Assembly (NCBI GenBank): GCA_965208125.1 | Contig: OZ242320.1 | Coordinates: 4,160,001-4,224,000, forward strand | DNA from: Candidatus Latescibacterota bacterium | Lineage (GTDB): Bacteria; Latescibacterota; UBA2968 | Direction: 5' to 3' | Length of the DNA: 64,000 nucleotides | In this document: piece by piece, positions 51,954 to 62,347 of the stretch | How the letters are laid out: each line of letters opens with the position of its first letter | Position numbering within the stretch: position 1 is the stretch's first letter | Made by a program: the position numbers and the translations under genes | Notes under the pieces: model-generated | Seen by the model: only the letters and a program-made list of their open reading frames with translations | Databases searched by the model: none | Told to the model about the DNA's origin: nothing

Positions 51954-53083
51954 AACACAACGGTCCTGCCGAACTCACCCACGAGCAAAAACGAACTTTC
52001 TATCGGGATGGATTCATTATTCTCAAAAATATCGTACCCAAAGAGCTGACCCACCGTGCCCGACGACTGGTCAATATCACCGCAGGTCAAATTGTGAATG
52101 GTACGATGGATGCGCCCAAAAGAAGAAACCGCTTCGTCGGCAGCGAAGACATCATCACAGATCTCATTAACAAAACGGCACTAACCGAATTGCTCACCAA
52201 CACCATGGGGCCATTTGATCCTCCGACAAATGGCTTTGCGCCGATTCTGTATCCGCGCGAGCCAACCAGAGAAATCGGCATCCACGGCCTGCCGGATGAT
52301 GAAGTGCCCAATCATGCATTTTTCCCGCATCTGGACGGCCAGTGGACGGGCCCCATTCCCAAAGCGGCGGACGAAGTGGATGATTGGTACGCGCCCAAAA
52401 CACCGCACTTTGGTGATCGCAGTGCCAACGTGATCGGGATAAACGGTTCGCCTTTGTTTCAGGACCCGGATTGCACGCTCTCCCTCGGTAGCTTTACCAC
52501 ATTCGTCGGCGTGATCCTGAGCGACCAATCCAAATTTGGCTACGGCAACTTTGCCGTCCTCCGCGGTGCCCATCATCACACAGCGGAATTCTTTCGACGA
52601 CAACGCGCCCAGGGCGGCGTCATCGGCCCCGAAGGCCATGATTGGCCGCGTTTAAAACGCGTTGGCGATAAGGGGGTCGGCATTAATTACATGCCGGAAT
52701 GGATCGCTAATCATTATCGAGAAAGCGCGCAATACACGCCCGATGGCCTCATGTGGCCGGAGCCTACACCCTTGCTCGTTGAAGAGGGCGATGCCTTTAT
52801 TACGGCTCACGGCATCCCACATTGTGGCACCCGCAACGACCTGGGTGCCGATCCCCGCATCAGTGCCTATTTTCGGCTGCGTCGCCATCGCCCGGGAGGG
52901 GCAAAAGTGCGAGGAGACAGCGATCACCCCGACCGCGGTTGGGAAGGCGAGTTTCTCGAATATCCCGATGGTTATAATCCCTGGCAGGTCGCAATCGATA
53001 AATTGTGCGATCCCTGGAGTGAATGGGACGGCATGCAGGAAGTCGTTGCCGAGGCAAGGGGTTTGGGAGATCAAAATAACTAA
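51950..53083 (+). CDS. PhyH-like dioxygenase
   Basis: LTHEQKRTFYRDGF, PHLDG, GNFAVLRGAH, PHCGTRN..R. Confidence 0.8.
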   Translation: MKHNGPAELTHEQKRTFYRDGFIILKNIVPKELTHRARRLVNITAGQIVNGTMDAPKRRNRFVGSEDIITDLINKTALTELLTNTMGPFDPPTNGFAPILYPREPTREIGIHGLPDDEVPNHAFFPHLDGQWTGPIPKAADEVDDWYAPKTPHFGDRSANVIGINGSPLFQDPDCTLSLGSFTTFVGVILSDQSKFGYGNFAVLRGAHHHTAEFFRRQRAQGGVIGPEGHDWPRLKRVGDKGVGINYMPEWIANHYRESAQYTPDGLMWPEPTPLLVEEGDAFITAHGIPHCGTRNDLGADPRISAYFRLRRHRPGGAKVRGDSDHPDRGWEGEFLEYPDGYNPWQVAIDKLCDPWSEWDGMQEVVAEARGLGDQNN

Positions 53084-53105
53084 CTGTGCGACAAAGGAGT
53101 GCCAC

Positions 53106-54290
53106 ATGCCCCCAACTCAGAAATTTGAAGAGCGCGTCGTTCGCGTGGAGAAACCTTCCGCTCATTTCACGCTGTTGAGAAACGAAAAGGGTGATTTTCT
53201 GGGCGTATCGGAAGGCAAGATATCCGTCTTTGACCACGCCGACGACAAAGCGATCTGGAAAGAAGAAGGCGACACCTATTGCCATGTGGTGTCAGGGGTG
53301 ACTCTCGATGTGTCTGCCGCGAATAACGAAGGTGTGCATCTCGCCCTGAATGGAAAATCACTGGGCGAAGACGGCTCCGAATCGTCCGTACCGGGGCGTT
53401 TTCAGCCGGGTCACGGTCCTGCCCATCTTCCGTCCGAATACCTCCAGCAAATCCGCGAGAACGGATGGGTCTGCCTTCCGAGCATCCTGTCGCCCCACGC
53501 GATCAAAGAACTGCAAAGGGTGAGTTGCACTGGCAAGTGGGACCATGAAGAATTAGACAGAAGCCTGCCGACCCTCACGCAGTCTGTGGAAGTGTCGAGA
53601 GCCGCAACCGAGCCTGTATCTCTCTGGGTGATGCGGGAGTATATGCAGTGTCGGGAAATTCGGCTGGCTCACAGGCCCGGTTTCGCCGTCGTGGCTCCGG
53701 ACGACGGTGAACGCCAAGTGGGGGGGTGGCATTCGGATTATCCCTACCTCTGGGGGATCGCCAGGAATTCCTCCGATGGTAATCGGATCGTACCGCACAA
53801 TGCGCTAAATCTCGTTCTTGGCGTTCAGCGAAATTTATGTGTGACCGAATTTAAGAGTGAAAATGGCGCAACCTGTTTCAAACTCGGATCGCATACGTTT
53901 GGGCAAGGACCTCCTCCAGAATGGGGGAGTGGGAATACGTACAGGGAGGAGGGATCTCGCCAGGCAAAAGGCCTCCCTTATACAGGCTCCGAGGCAGATG
54001 TCGTTGAGGCGCCGGCGGGCAGCTACGTCATCTATGATGCCCGAACCTGGCATCGGGCAGGCGTGAACCGCACGGACAAAAAGCGGGCGGCGATGCTTCA
54101 GTCAGTCGTTCCCATGTATATCATGCCTTTTATGGAGACCGCTCGTCCCTACAAGGAATTCCTTGCGAGCCCTCTGGCGAGTCAACTTACGGAGCGGGAG
54201 CATATCGAGCTGGAATCCCTTCTGGTAAGCCGAATTGATGGGCCTCAAGGGCGTTTGGCGATCACTATGGATGAGGAGCTTTCCAGATGA
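53106..54290 (+). CDS. PhyH-family dioxygenase with an extra N-terminal beta-rich domain
   Basis: Start at ATG 53106 after AAGGAG; GGWHSD, ENGATCFKLGSH, WHRAGVN; paralog of 24248-25315. Confidence 0.82.
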   Translation: MPPTQKFEERVVRVEKPSAHFTLLRNEKGDFLGVSEGKISVFDHADDKAIWKEEGDTYCHVVSGVTLDVSAANNEGVHLALNGKSLGEDGSESSVPGRFQPGHGPAHLPSEYLQQIRENGWVCLPSILSPHAIKELQRVSCTGKWDHEELDRSLPTLTQSVEVSRAATEPVSLWVMREYMQCREIRLAHRPGFAVVAPDDGERQVGGWHSDYPYLWGIARNSSDGNRIVPHNALNLVLGVQRNLCVTEFKSENGATCFKLGSHTFGQGPPPEWGSGNTYREEGSRQAKGLPYTGSEADVVEAPAGSYVIYDARTWHRAGVNRTDKKRAAMLQSVVPMYIMPFMETARPYKEFLASPLASQLTEREHIELESLLVSRIDGPQGRLAITMDEELSR

Positions 54291-55051
54291 ACGAATACAA
54301 GACGCATTTTGATACCCCGGAAGATGCCTACTTCGGCTTTTTTGAAGCCGATGCATCCCAAAATGGAGATGCCTGGGCTGCCGTGATGAGCTATCCCCAT
54401 GTCCGCGTTGACGCATCGGGGCGGACCGCCTACTACGACACGGCACGGGACTACGCGGATAATGCCGACTGGACGTCGAGAGTAGCCACGGGTTGGGTCC
54501 TGACGAGGGGGCGAGACCCCGTCCGGCTGCACGAATCTCCCAACAAGGTCCACCTGGTAGGCGGGTGGACGCGATACAATGCAGACGATGATCCCATTCT
54601 GTGGAACCGCGTCACTTATATTGTCACCAAACCCGCTGATTCGTGGGGGATCCAGGCGCGGTTTGCGCTCGGTACTTATTACGACGGGAGGGACGACGAA
54701 ACAGCTATCGCCCAGGCTACCGAGACAGCAATTAATCAGGTGCGACGCTATTGCGATGCACTGGACAAAAGCGATGGCGATGCCTGCGCCAGCCTCTGTC
54801 GTTTTCCGCTGATTGAGGTCGGCGTTGGTGCGGTGACACGGATCGAAGATGGCACCAAACTGGCGCAACAGGTCAACGAAAGAACCACATCGGTCAGCAA
54901 TAGAGAAGTCGAGGCAGCACAATCTGGTCCTGAAGGCGTCCTTGTGGCAGTGACTGCTGACGATGTCTCTGGCAACAGTGAGGAATCCATCGTGGTGGTC
55001 AGCAGATCGGCTGACGCATGGCAGATCGCTGGCATTTCGAGAATGCTGTAA
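54287..55051 (+). CDS. Tandem NTF2/SnoaL-like domain protein
   Basis: Two ~125-aa repeats (FFEADASQNGDAWAAVMSYPH / YCDALDKSDGDACASLCRFPL), each ending in W.I. Confidence 0.6.
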   Translation: MNEYKTHFDTPEDAYFGFFEADASQNGDAWAAVMSYPHVRVDASGRTAYYDTARDYADNADWTSRVATGWVLTRGRDPVRLHESPNKVHLVGGWTRYNADDDPILWNRVTYIVTKPADSWGIQARFALGTYYDGRDDETAIAQATETAINQVRRYCDALDKSDGDACASLCRFPLIEVGVGAVTRIEDGTKLAQQVNERTTSVSNREVEAAQSGPEGVLVAVTADDVSGNSEESIVVVSRSADAWQIAGISRML

Positions 55052-55075
55052 AGCCCCGACACAAGGAGGAATATC

Positions 55076-56230
55076 TTGAAGATTACATCGGTAAAAGCAG
55101 TTCCCGCATCATCTTCACCGCAAGGCCGCCCGCCACGCAACTACATGTTTGTGAAGATTGAAACCGATGAGGGCATCACAGGCTGGGGGGAGGCGACCGC
55201 CGGTCCGCTTAGCGTTGCTACCCAGATCGACGAGGTCGGTCAGGTGCTGGTGGGCGAAGATCCCTGGCAGATCGAGAAACACTGGCAGACACTCTACCAT
55301 CACTTTTTTGTGCGGGGCGGTGTCGTGCAGATGTCAGCCATAAGCGGCATAGAAATCGCCCTGTGGGACATCAAAGGCCAGGCCGTGGGACTGCCCATAT
55401 ACGAAATGCTGGGCGGAAAGATGAGAGATCGGATCTGGTGCTATGGCAGGTGGGATGGGCCGACACCCGAAGGGGCTGCTGAAACTGCGATGAACAACGT
55501 ATCAAATGGATTGACGGCGCTCAAGGGGGACCCGTTTGACCATTGCGGGCTGTTTATTCCGGCAGAAGCCGAACGTGTCGCCATCAAAAAACTGGAAGCT
55601 GTTCGCAAAGCAGTGGGTGACGATGTTGAGTTGCTCGTTGAAGTACATGGACGGCTTGCCCCGGCAGACGCCATCCGCATCGGCAATGCGATGGCCGACT
55701 GTCGGCCCTTTGTGTACGAAGAACCTGTGCCACCAACAAACCTCGACGCGATGCAACGGGTTGCCGAGGCCGTAAGCATCCCACTGGCGACTGGCGAGCG
55801 GCTTTACACGAAGTGGGAATTTACCGACTTGCTGAGCCGACAAATTGTGAAGATGATTCAACCCGACATTGTTCAGGGGGGCGGTATATTGGAGTTGAAG
55901 AAGATTGCGGCGATGGCAGAAGCCCATTATGTCGGTTTCCAACCGCACAATCCCTACGGCCCGCTGTGCACGATCGCGTCTTTGCACCTCGACGCGTGCA
56001 CTCCAAATTTTATGATTCAGGAAGGCGGAATCAGCCCGTGGTTTCAAGACGCTTGCACAGGCGACTTCCCGGTTCAGAAGGACGGCTTTCTGCCAATCCC
56101 GGCCGGCCCTGGGCTGGGCGTGGCCATGAACGAAGCGTGGCTCAAGGCAAATCCCTGGCGTGATGACGCAAATATTTGGCGGCCCCGTCCAGGTACGATC
56201 GCATCATTGCAAGATACAAAATGGGTCTAA
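55076..56230 (+). CDS. Mandelate racemase / galactonate-dehydratase-like enolase-superfamily enzyme
   Basis: ETDEGITGWGE, ALWDIKG, VEVHGR, EEP, ATGER, QPD, PHNP. Confidence 0.9.
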   Translation: MKITSVKAVPASSSPQGRPPRNYMFVKIETDEGITGWGEATAGPLSVATQIDEVGQVLVGEDPWQIEKHWQTLYHHFFVRGGVVQMSAISGIEIALWDIKGQAVGLPIYEMLGGKMRDRIWCYGRWDGPTPEGAAETAMNNVSNGLTALKGDPFDHCGLFIPAEAERVAIKKLEAVRKAVGDDVELLVEVHGRLAPADAIRIGNAMADCRPFVYEEPVPPTNLDAMQRVAEAVSIPLATGERLYTKWEFTDLLSRQIVKMIQPDIVQGGGILELKKIAAMAEAHYVGFQPHNPYGPLCTIASLHLDACTPNFMIQEGGISPWFQDACTGDFPVQKDGFLPIPAGPGLGVAMNEAWLKANPWRDDANIWRPRPGTIASLQDTKWV

Positions 56231-56260
56231 TCATCAGCACCAAGTATAGGAGAGACGTCT

Positions 56261-57667
56261 ATGCCACAACCGACTCAACAGCCCAATATCCTGTTTGTGT
56301 TTTCCGACCAGCAGCGTGCATCGGCAATGGGTTGCTACTACGGCGATGAAGATCTGGAGACACCGCACTTCGACGCATTCGCCAGGCAGGGAATGAAATT
56401 GGAAAGTGCCGTGTCAACGACCCCGCTTTGTTGCCCCTACAGGGCCATATTGATGACGGGATTACACGGCCATCGCCTGGGGATAACGACCAACGGGTAT
56501 CATCCGGATCTAAGTGAATATGCCCACATCGGCAAGGCTTTCAAAAACGCAGGGTACCGCTGTGGTTATATCGGCAAATGGCATTTAGGAGATGTACAAC
56601 TCGATTCGGGTCATCCGATGCGTCTGGGATTCGACGATGAATGGTTTGTACCTCTGGTATCGAGTCACGCGAGTCCCAATCGAAACTATGCGGTGAACAG
56701 CACTGAGACTGTGGTTGGAGAAGGGTTCGACAAGCCGCAGATCGAGGCCAACAGGGCCATTGAGTTCATTCGAGGACAGGACGGTGGGGCGCCCTGGTGC
56801 CTGTTTCTTTCATGGTATCCCCCTCATCCCCCACTGGTATCTCCAGAGGTATATCTCGAAAAATATCGGGGACGGGACCTGAAGTTTCATCCCAATGTGA
56901 AGACCGTAGATGCAGAGGCGCTCAATCGCTTTCAGGACCATTATGCACATTATTACGGTCTCGTAACGGGCCTGGATACTGAGTGGGAACGCTTGATGCA
57001 GGCCCTGGAAGACAGTGGTCAGGCGGAAAACACCATTGTGGTGTACACCTCGGATCACGGTGAAATGCTAAACAGCCAGGGCTGGCGAGGCAAACGATGG
57101 CCTCATCGCGAATCCACCCAGGTTCCTTTTCTGATTCGATGGCCAGGCAAGATTGAAGCCAACGCCACACTGGACATGCCTTTTGGTACGCCAGACATTT
57201 TTCCCACGCTATGTGGACTCGCAGGGATCAATGTGCCATCGGGGTTGGACGGGGCCGATCTGTCCGGCGTCATCCTCGGTAGCGATTCCAATGGGCACCA
57301 GCAAGAGTACGCCTATATGGAGATGCACCACGGCTTCATTCCGTGGCCCGGCTGGCGCGGGATTCGCACAGCGAAGTACAATTACGCGCGAATGGAGGAA
57401 GGACCATGGGTGTGTTTCGATCTTGAAAACGATCCCTACGAACAGAACAACCTGGTCGAAGAGAATGGCGCGATCGTGTCGGAACTGGATGGGCTTCTTG
57501 TAGATGCGATGAAAAAAGCGGGCGATTCCTGGCGCGATGTCGGCAGGGAAGTAGGCGATTGGCAGGAGTGGCACGGCAATAAACAGATTGGGCAACTCGG
57601 ATTGGATGCTGAATACCCGGGTTCCGAGGCCATTCGAATCTGGGCAGAACGGAACAATCTTGTGTAG
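56261..57667 (+). CDS. Sulfatase
   Basis: PNILFVFSDQQR, CCPYR, GKWHL, SDHGE. Confidence 0.92.
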   Translation: MPQPTQQPNILFVFSDQQRASAMGCYYGDEDLETPHFDAFARQGMKLESAVSTTPLCCPYRAILMTGLHGHRLGITTNGYHPDLSEYAHIGKAFKNAGYRCGYIGKWHLGDVQLDSGHPMRLGFDDEWFVPLVSSHASPNRNYAVNSTETVVGEGFDKPQIEANRAIEFIRGQDGGAPWCLFLSWYPPHPPLVSPEVYLEKYRGRDLKFHPNVKTVDAEALNRFQDHYAHYYGLVTGLDTEWERLMQALEDSGQAENTIVVYTSDHGEMLNSQGWRGKRWPHRESTQVPFLIRWPGKIEANATLDMPFGTPDIFPTLCGLAGINVPSGLDGADLSGVILGSDSNGHQQEYAYMEMHHGFIPWPGWRGIRTAKYNYARMEEGPWVCFDLENDPYEQNNLVEENGAIVSELDGLLVDAMKKAGDSWRDVGREVGDWQEWHGNKQIGQLGLDAEYPGSEAIRIWAERNNLV

Positions 57668-57769
57668 CGAGCGGCGACTATCGAGTACGAGCCCGGTCGT
57701 CTCTTCGTCATTTACTGGGGACATGAGCCTGGCGAGGTGAGTTGTATCCAGGGGGTTAGTCTAACATAA
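57668..57769 (+). pseudogene. Probable C-terminal remnant of a sialidase/BNR-like beta-propeller gene
   Basis: RAATIEYEPGRLFVIYWGHEPGEVSCIQGVSLT* fills the intergenic gap and has no start codon. Confidence 0.4.
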
Positions 57770-57780
57770 AAGGAATTGAA

Positions 57781-59028
57781 ATGAATCGCTCTGTTCTGGA
57801 CTGGCCAACAGGTGTTACCGTCTATCACCCTGACCGATGTTACAACGGGTACACGCTCGTTCACGGGCGAGGGCCCTGGGATCCCGTGCGTGGCATCTCG
57901 GCTGAACAGGTTGATCGATGGCACTTGATAGACATGGAAGGTCAGGTGGTTCACGAGTTCTACGGAAATCCGGCGACGCAGCGCGGCTCTCAGCTATTTG
58001 AACGCGTTGCAAACGGCCACTATATCAGCAATGGGGCCTCGATCACAGAACAAGACTGGGATGGAGATATTGTCTGGTCTCTGTCCTCGGACTTCCGCAA
58101 GGATGCACGACCAACGGGTTTCCATCACGACATCCAGAAGACTTCTGAACACACCTATCTCGCTATGGTCGCGGATCGCATCGATGCCCCCCGGGTATCG
58201 CGCGTCACACTCAAAGACGATCACATCATGGAAATAACTTCGGAGGGCGAGATCGTCTGGGAATGGTGGGGGCATCACCACCTACAAGAATTCGAATTCA
58301 GCGATCGTGCGAAGCAGATCATATTTGAAACTGGCGGGGGACAACAGCCGGGACAGGAAGGAGACTGGCTCCATCTGAATACGCTTCACACACTTCCCGA
58401 CAATCCCCTATATGATGAGGGCGACACGAGATTCAAGCCGGGAAATATTCTCAGCTGTTCCAGAAATGGGAATCTGATATTTATCATCGAGAAATCGACT
58501 GGAAATATCGTCTGGAAGTGGGGCTATTTGGATCAGATGGAAACCATGTGGTTAAACGGGACCGAAGGGCAGAATCAATACCTGGTAGGTCCACACGATC
58601 CCAAAATGCTGCACAACGGAAATATTCTGATCTACGACAATGGAGGCGGTACGGGTTATCCTCCGATTAATCGATTCTACACCCGGCTTGTAGAAATCGA
58701 TCCCGTGAGCGGAGAAGTCGTATGGGAATATGCTGCGGGTCCTCAGGCCAGCAAATTTCTGAGCATTGTTACAGGCGGTGTACAGCGTCTCCCGAATGGG
58801 AACACGCTGAGTCTGGACACGGACAAGGGACGGATTTTCGAAGTGACCTGGGAAGGTGAAATCGTGTGGGAATACATCAACCCGAGAGGCGGATTCTACA
58901 GAACCCAGCGCATTGCCTACCCCGATTGCCCACTGGACCCTCCTGACCCGCAGCCCGCAGACCTCCCGGTTCCCGACCACCTCGGCCTGCCTGTATCAGA
59001 CACCCTGGATTACTGCCCCTCCCTCTAA
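57781..59028 (+). CDS. Arylsulfotransferase (ASST)-family beta-propeller
   Basis: GYTL, LIDMEG, HHD, DWLHLN, GPHDP, DNG, QRLPNGNTL, GEIVWEY. Confidence 0.85.
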   Translation: MNRSVLDWPTGVTVYHPDRCYNGYTLVHGRGPWDPVRGISAEQVDRWHLIDMEGQVVHEFYGNPATQRGSQLFERVANGHYISNGASITEQDWDGDIVWSLSSDFRKDARPTGFHHDIQKTSEHTYLAMVADRIDAPRVSRVTLKDDHIMEITSEGEIVWEWWGHHHLQEFEFSDRAKQIIFETGGGQQPGQEGDWLHLNTLHTLPDNPLYDEGDTRFKPGNILSCSRNGNLIFIIEKSTGNIVWKWGYLDQMETMWLNGTEGQNQYLVGPHDPKMLHNGNILIYDNGGGTGYPPINRFYTRLVEIDPVSGEVVWEYAAGPQASKFLSIVTGGVQRLPNGNTLSLDTDKGRIFEVTWEGEIVWEYINPRGGFYRTQRIAYPDCPLDPPDPQPADLPVPDHLGLPVSDTLDYCPSL

Positions 59029-59063
59029 AATTCGATGTCACCCTTCATCCCGACTACAGGATT

Positions 59064-59996
59064 ATGCCCATGTCCGATTACACGTTTAAACTCGCCATGT
59101 TCACGACCGAACTGAGACTGCCCTATGACCGGGCATTTCCCAAAGCGAAAGAGATCGGCGCAGACCGCCTCTGGTACGCGCCTTCGGCGGACGACCTTCC
59201 GTTTGAAGCCATGACCGACGCGGATATGGACCGCATCGGCGCGTGCGCCGAGCAGCATCAAACGGAGATCTTCCTGCTCTGCGGAGGCCGTAAGTTTAAA
59301 ACCGTGCATCTCAGCGATCTGGATCTGGACGATATGGCCGAACACCCCGAATTCCGGGAAGCCCGAGAGGAACTGACCGCCGCCATGAAGATGGCCGCGC
59401 GGCTCAAAATTCCGGCAGTTGCCACGTTTACATTCGCCTGGCCGGGTGAATATACTGCCGGTAAGCCGACCTGGCCCATGCGATGGATGACCCGCGGCGG
59501 CGTCATTTCCGATCTGGATATGGACAAACTGGTCCGGGCGTTTACGCTGCTGGTCGAAGACGCTGACCGCTACGATGTGGATCTGCCGCTGTGCATGATG
59601 CCGTGGAATTACACGAATACCACGGAACACATGCGGCAGGTGATCGAGGCGGTCGGTTCACCTCGCCTGAAAACGGTCTGGGGGCCAGCGGATACCATGA
59701 ATTGCGGCGAATCGGACACCGCTACCCGCGGATTTCAGAATGTCCGTCCGTATCTTCATACGCTCCACATAAAAGATCTGCAAGTCATAGACGGTCTGAA
59801 ATGTGAGTTTGAATACTGTCCCATCGGCGAAGGAGACGTGGATTTTCCGACGGTACTGCGGAACCTGCGCGATTATCAGATCGACGCGGTGATATCCATC
59901 GCCACCCACTTCAAGCCGGAAAGCGGATCGGCGGAAGAAGCGATGCGTATCAACTTTGCCAATATGAAAGCGTTGATCGGTGGGGTAGGGGACTGA
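59064..59996 (+). CDS. Sugar phosphate isomerase/epimerase (TIM barrel)
   Basis: LHIKD, IGEGDVDF, ISIATH. Confidence 0.8.
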   Translation: MPMSDYTFKLAMFTTELRLPYDRAFPKAKEIGADRLWYAPSADDLPFEAMTDADMDRIGACAEQHQTEIFLLCGGRKFKTVHLSDLDLDDMAEHPEFREAREELTAAMKMAARLKIPAVATFTFAWPGEYTAGKPTWPMRWMTRGGVISDLDMDKLVRAFTLLVEDADRYDVDLPLCMMPWNYTNTTEHMRQVIEAVGSPRLKTVWGPADTMNCGESDTATRGFQNVRPYLHTLHIKDLQVIDGLKCEFEYCPIGEGDVDFPTVLRNLRDYQIDAVISIATHFKPESGSAEEAMRINFANMKALIGGVGD

Positions 59997-60003
59997 TTCT
60001 CGA

Positions 60004-61056
60004 TCATTGCGGTACAGCGTCGCTGATGAACCCTTCGTTTCTCACCAGGACCTGGAGATCCAGATTTGTCATAGGAAAATCCACCCGGGCGTTGCCCAAC
60101 CGCTCCGATTCGTGAAGAGATAGCACCATTTCCAGTGCCGCTCGTCCATCTTCTCCAGTGGATATTGTATCCCGATCGCTGTCGAGGCTTTCTGCAATCT
60201 CCTCTACTGACAACGGGATCACACATCGGCCCCTGTCCGTTGTATTCAGCTTGTGTTCCTCTGGTATTTCGGGGAATTTTTCCTCTTTATTTTTGGTGAA
60301 GAGCTTGAACTGACGTGGCCGTGTATTGGCCACCGTTATCCGTCCCCTGGATCCCAACAATTCAAAGAGGTGTTGGGCGCTCCCTCCGGTGGATCCGTTC
60401 ACAATGCATTGTACGCCATTTTGAAAATGAAAGTACCCGGCGCCACGGGGATCCAGAGCATCCGGATCCAATAGGTGACCGGTTGCCCACGCAACATCGC
60501 CTGCAAAGAATCGCAGCATGTCAAAAAAGTGGGTTCCGTTGTTGGCAAGCCCGGCGCTGTACTGGAGTGTCATCGCCTGAAGGGAGCCGATTACCTCCTG
60601 ATCGATTAGCTCCTTAATTTGGCGAAATTGCCAATCCCATCGGCGTGTGTGGTTAATGCTCAGCTTTACGTTGTTTCTCCGGCAAGCATTAATCATTTCG
60701 TCTGCCTCTCGCAACGTAGTCGCCATCGCCTTCTCGCAGAATATGGCTTTTACTCCTGACTGAGCCGCGGCAACAACGATATCCCGATGCGGAATGGGAT
60801 AGGTGCAAACACTCACGATATCCAGTTTCTCAGTATCCAGCATTTCCCGCCAATCTGTGTACAGACCCGGAACATCCCATTTGCCTCCAAAACTCTGTCG
60901 GCGTTTATCGTCCCGATCTGCTGCTGCGACAATACGGGTTCGATCACAGTGATTGTAACAACCCGCATGGGTGTTCGGCGTTCCGCGATGTGTTTCCTGC
61001 TCCAGTAGGCTTGAAATCCTGCCACAGCCGATAACACCAACGTTATAAACTTGCAT
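60004..61056 (-). CDS. Gfo/Idh/MocA oxidoreductase
   Basis: IGCGRIS, FCEKAMA, NHTRRW, GTHFFD. Confidence 0.9.
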   Translation of the reverse strand: MQVYNVGVIGCGRISSLLEQETHRGTPNTHAGCYNHCDRTRIVAAADRDDKRRQSFGGKWDVPGLYTDWREMLDTEKLDIVSVCTYPIPHRDIVVAAAQSGVKAIFCEKAMATTLREADEMINACRRNNVKLSINHTRRWDWQFRQIKELIDQEVIGSLQAMTLQYSAGLANNGTHFFDMLRFFAGDVAWATGHLLDPDALDPRGAGYFHFQNGVQCIVNGSTGGSAQHLFELLGSRGRITVANTRPRQFKLFTKNKEEKFPEIPEEHKLNTTDRGRCVIPLSVEEIAESLDSDRDTISTGEDGRAALEMVLSLHESERLGNARVDFPMTNLDLQVLVRNEGFISDAVPQ

Positions 61057-61136
61057 AGAAAGCTCCAGGAAAAATTGTGGGAAGAAATCGTTTTCAAGAT
61101 CTCAGATCACAATCCAAACAAAGATTTCTACCTTCA

Positions 61137-62264
61137 TCATTGTACCTTCTCGCCTACTTTCCCGCGGTCTTCCTGCCGCTCCAGCGGCAGTTCTTGCATA
61201 AATGTCCACTGACGGTCCCCCAGCTTTTGAAGCTGCGATTCGTCGAGTTCCATCCCTAAACCCGGACCTTTAGGCACGAGAAGGTAGCCATTTTCGTACT
61301 GGACCCGGTGTTTGACAACGTCGTCAATGTAGAGTTGCGCGCCAGCCGCATCGCCGGGGTAATCGAGGTTGGGTACCGATGCGCCCAGATGCGCCTGCGC
61401 GGAGGTCCCAATAGAAAGTTCCTGAGTTGTGCCAATCAAGGTGGAGATTCCGGTGGCCTGTGCTATGGCGAAGATCTGGCGCGATCGTTTGATGCCCTGG
61501 TGGCAGGTCGCAATATTGAAGATGTCGACAGCCTGTCCTTCCGCGAAAGCAATGGCCTGGGTCTCGTCGCTGACATGCTCACTGACCGGGAACCGGATAC
61601 GCTCACGCACCTTTGCTTTGCCCGGGATGTCGGGTGCGGGACTTTCAACCAGGATCGGCTCGACCCACTGCAGACGCTCAACGGCGGCTACGCACGACTT
61701 CCAATCAAGTCGGCGGCTGAAGTCCAGTGATTTAACTTTGAATCGATCTCCATAACGATCGCGACACTCATGTAAGATCTGATTGTCGATTTCGAGGTTT
61801 CCACCCACGTAAAATCGGAACAGGTCGAATCCCAGCTCGAGCATTCGACCGACTCGCTCGACGTTGGGTGCGACGTCCGCCTCTTCGAATTGTCGAAAGA
61901 TGGGGTAGCAGATTTTGTAGCGATCTCGGTAAGCACCTCCATAGAGGTCGTGAATTGGAATGCCCAAGCTCTTGGCCCGAAGGTCGTGAATCGCAATGTC
62001 CACACCTGCGCCAATCTGTCCCTTATATCCGTCGACGATCGGATCGATGGCGGATGGATCGGATGGATCGATTCCGATCAACGATTTCCGAAGTATATAC
62101 TCGAGATGGTTGATGTCGGGTATGTTTCGGATACTGAGGTCGGACATTTCGCCCGCACCGACTATACCATCGTCTGAGATGATACGGATGATAATGTGAG
62201 GACTAAGCGTACCGTTCTCTCGTCTTGTTCCGACTGCAAATAGATCGAGCTCTTTAATGGTCAA
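61137..62264 (-). CDS. Mandelate racemase / muconate-lactonizing-enzyme family protein
   Basis: DDGIVGAGE, DIAIHDL.AK, LDF, VESP, SEH, PKGPGLG. Confidence 0.85.
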   Translation of the reverse strand: MTIKELDLFAVGTRRENGTLSPHIIIRIISDDGIVGAGEMSDLSIRNIPDINHLEYILRKSLIGIDPSDPSAIDPIVDGYKGQIGAGVDIAIHDLRAKSLGIPIHDLYGGAYRDRYKICYPIFRQFEEADVAPNVERVGRMLELGFDLFRFYVGGNLEIDNQILHECRDRYGDRFKVKSLDFSRRLDWKSCVAAVERLQWVEPILVESPAPDIPGKAKVRERIRFPVSEHVSDETQAIAFAEGQAVDIFNIATCHQGIKRSRQIFAIAQATGISTLIGTTQELSIGTSAQAHLGASVPNLDYPGDAAGAQLYIDDVVKHRVQYENGYLLVPKGPGLGMELDESQLQKLGDRQWTFMQELPLERQEDRGKVGEKVQ

Positions 62265-62347
62265 AGCAGACTCCTTTCATCGACCGTCTCAGGAACACCA
62301 ATACGAATAGAGCGACCCTTGTCGGCATCTTAATTTCTCACACCAGT

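Noticed and set aside
52662-53105. 148-aa N-terminal extension of the 542-aa ORF in the track
   Set aside because: It overlaps the upstream PhyH gene. The RBS and the paralog alignment place the start at 53106.
61102-61137. Mini-ORF MKVEIFVWIVI* coupled by TGATG
   Set aside because: It does not reach the next gene and is equally explained by a double stop (TGATGA).
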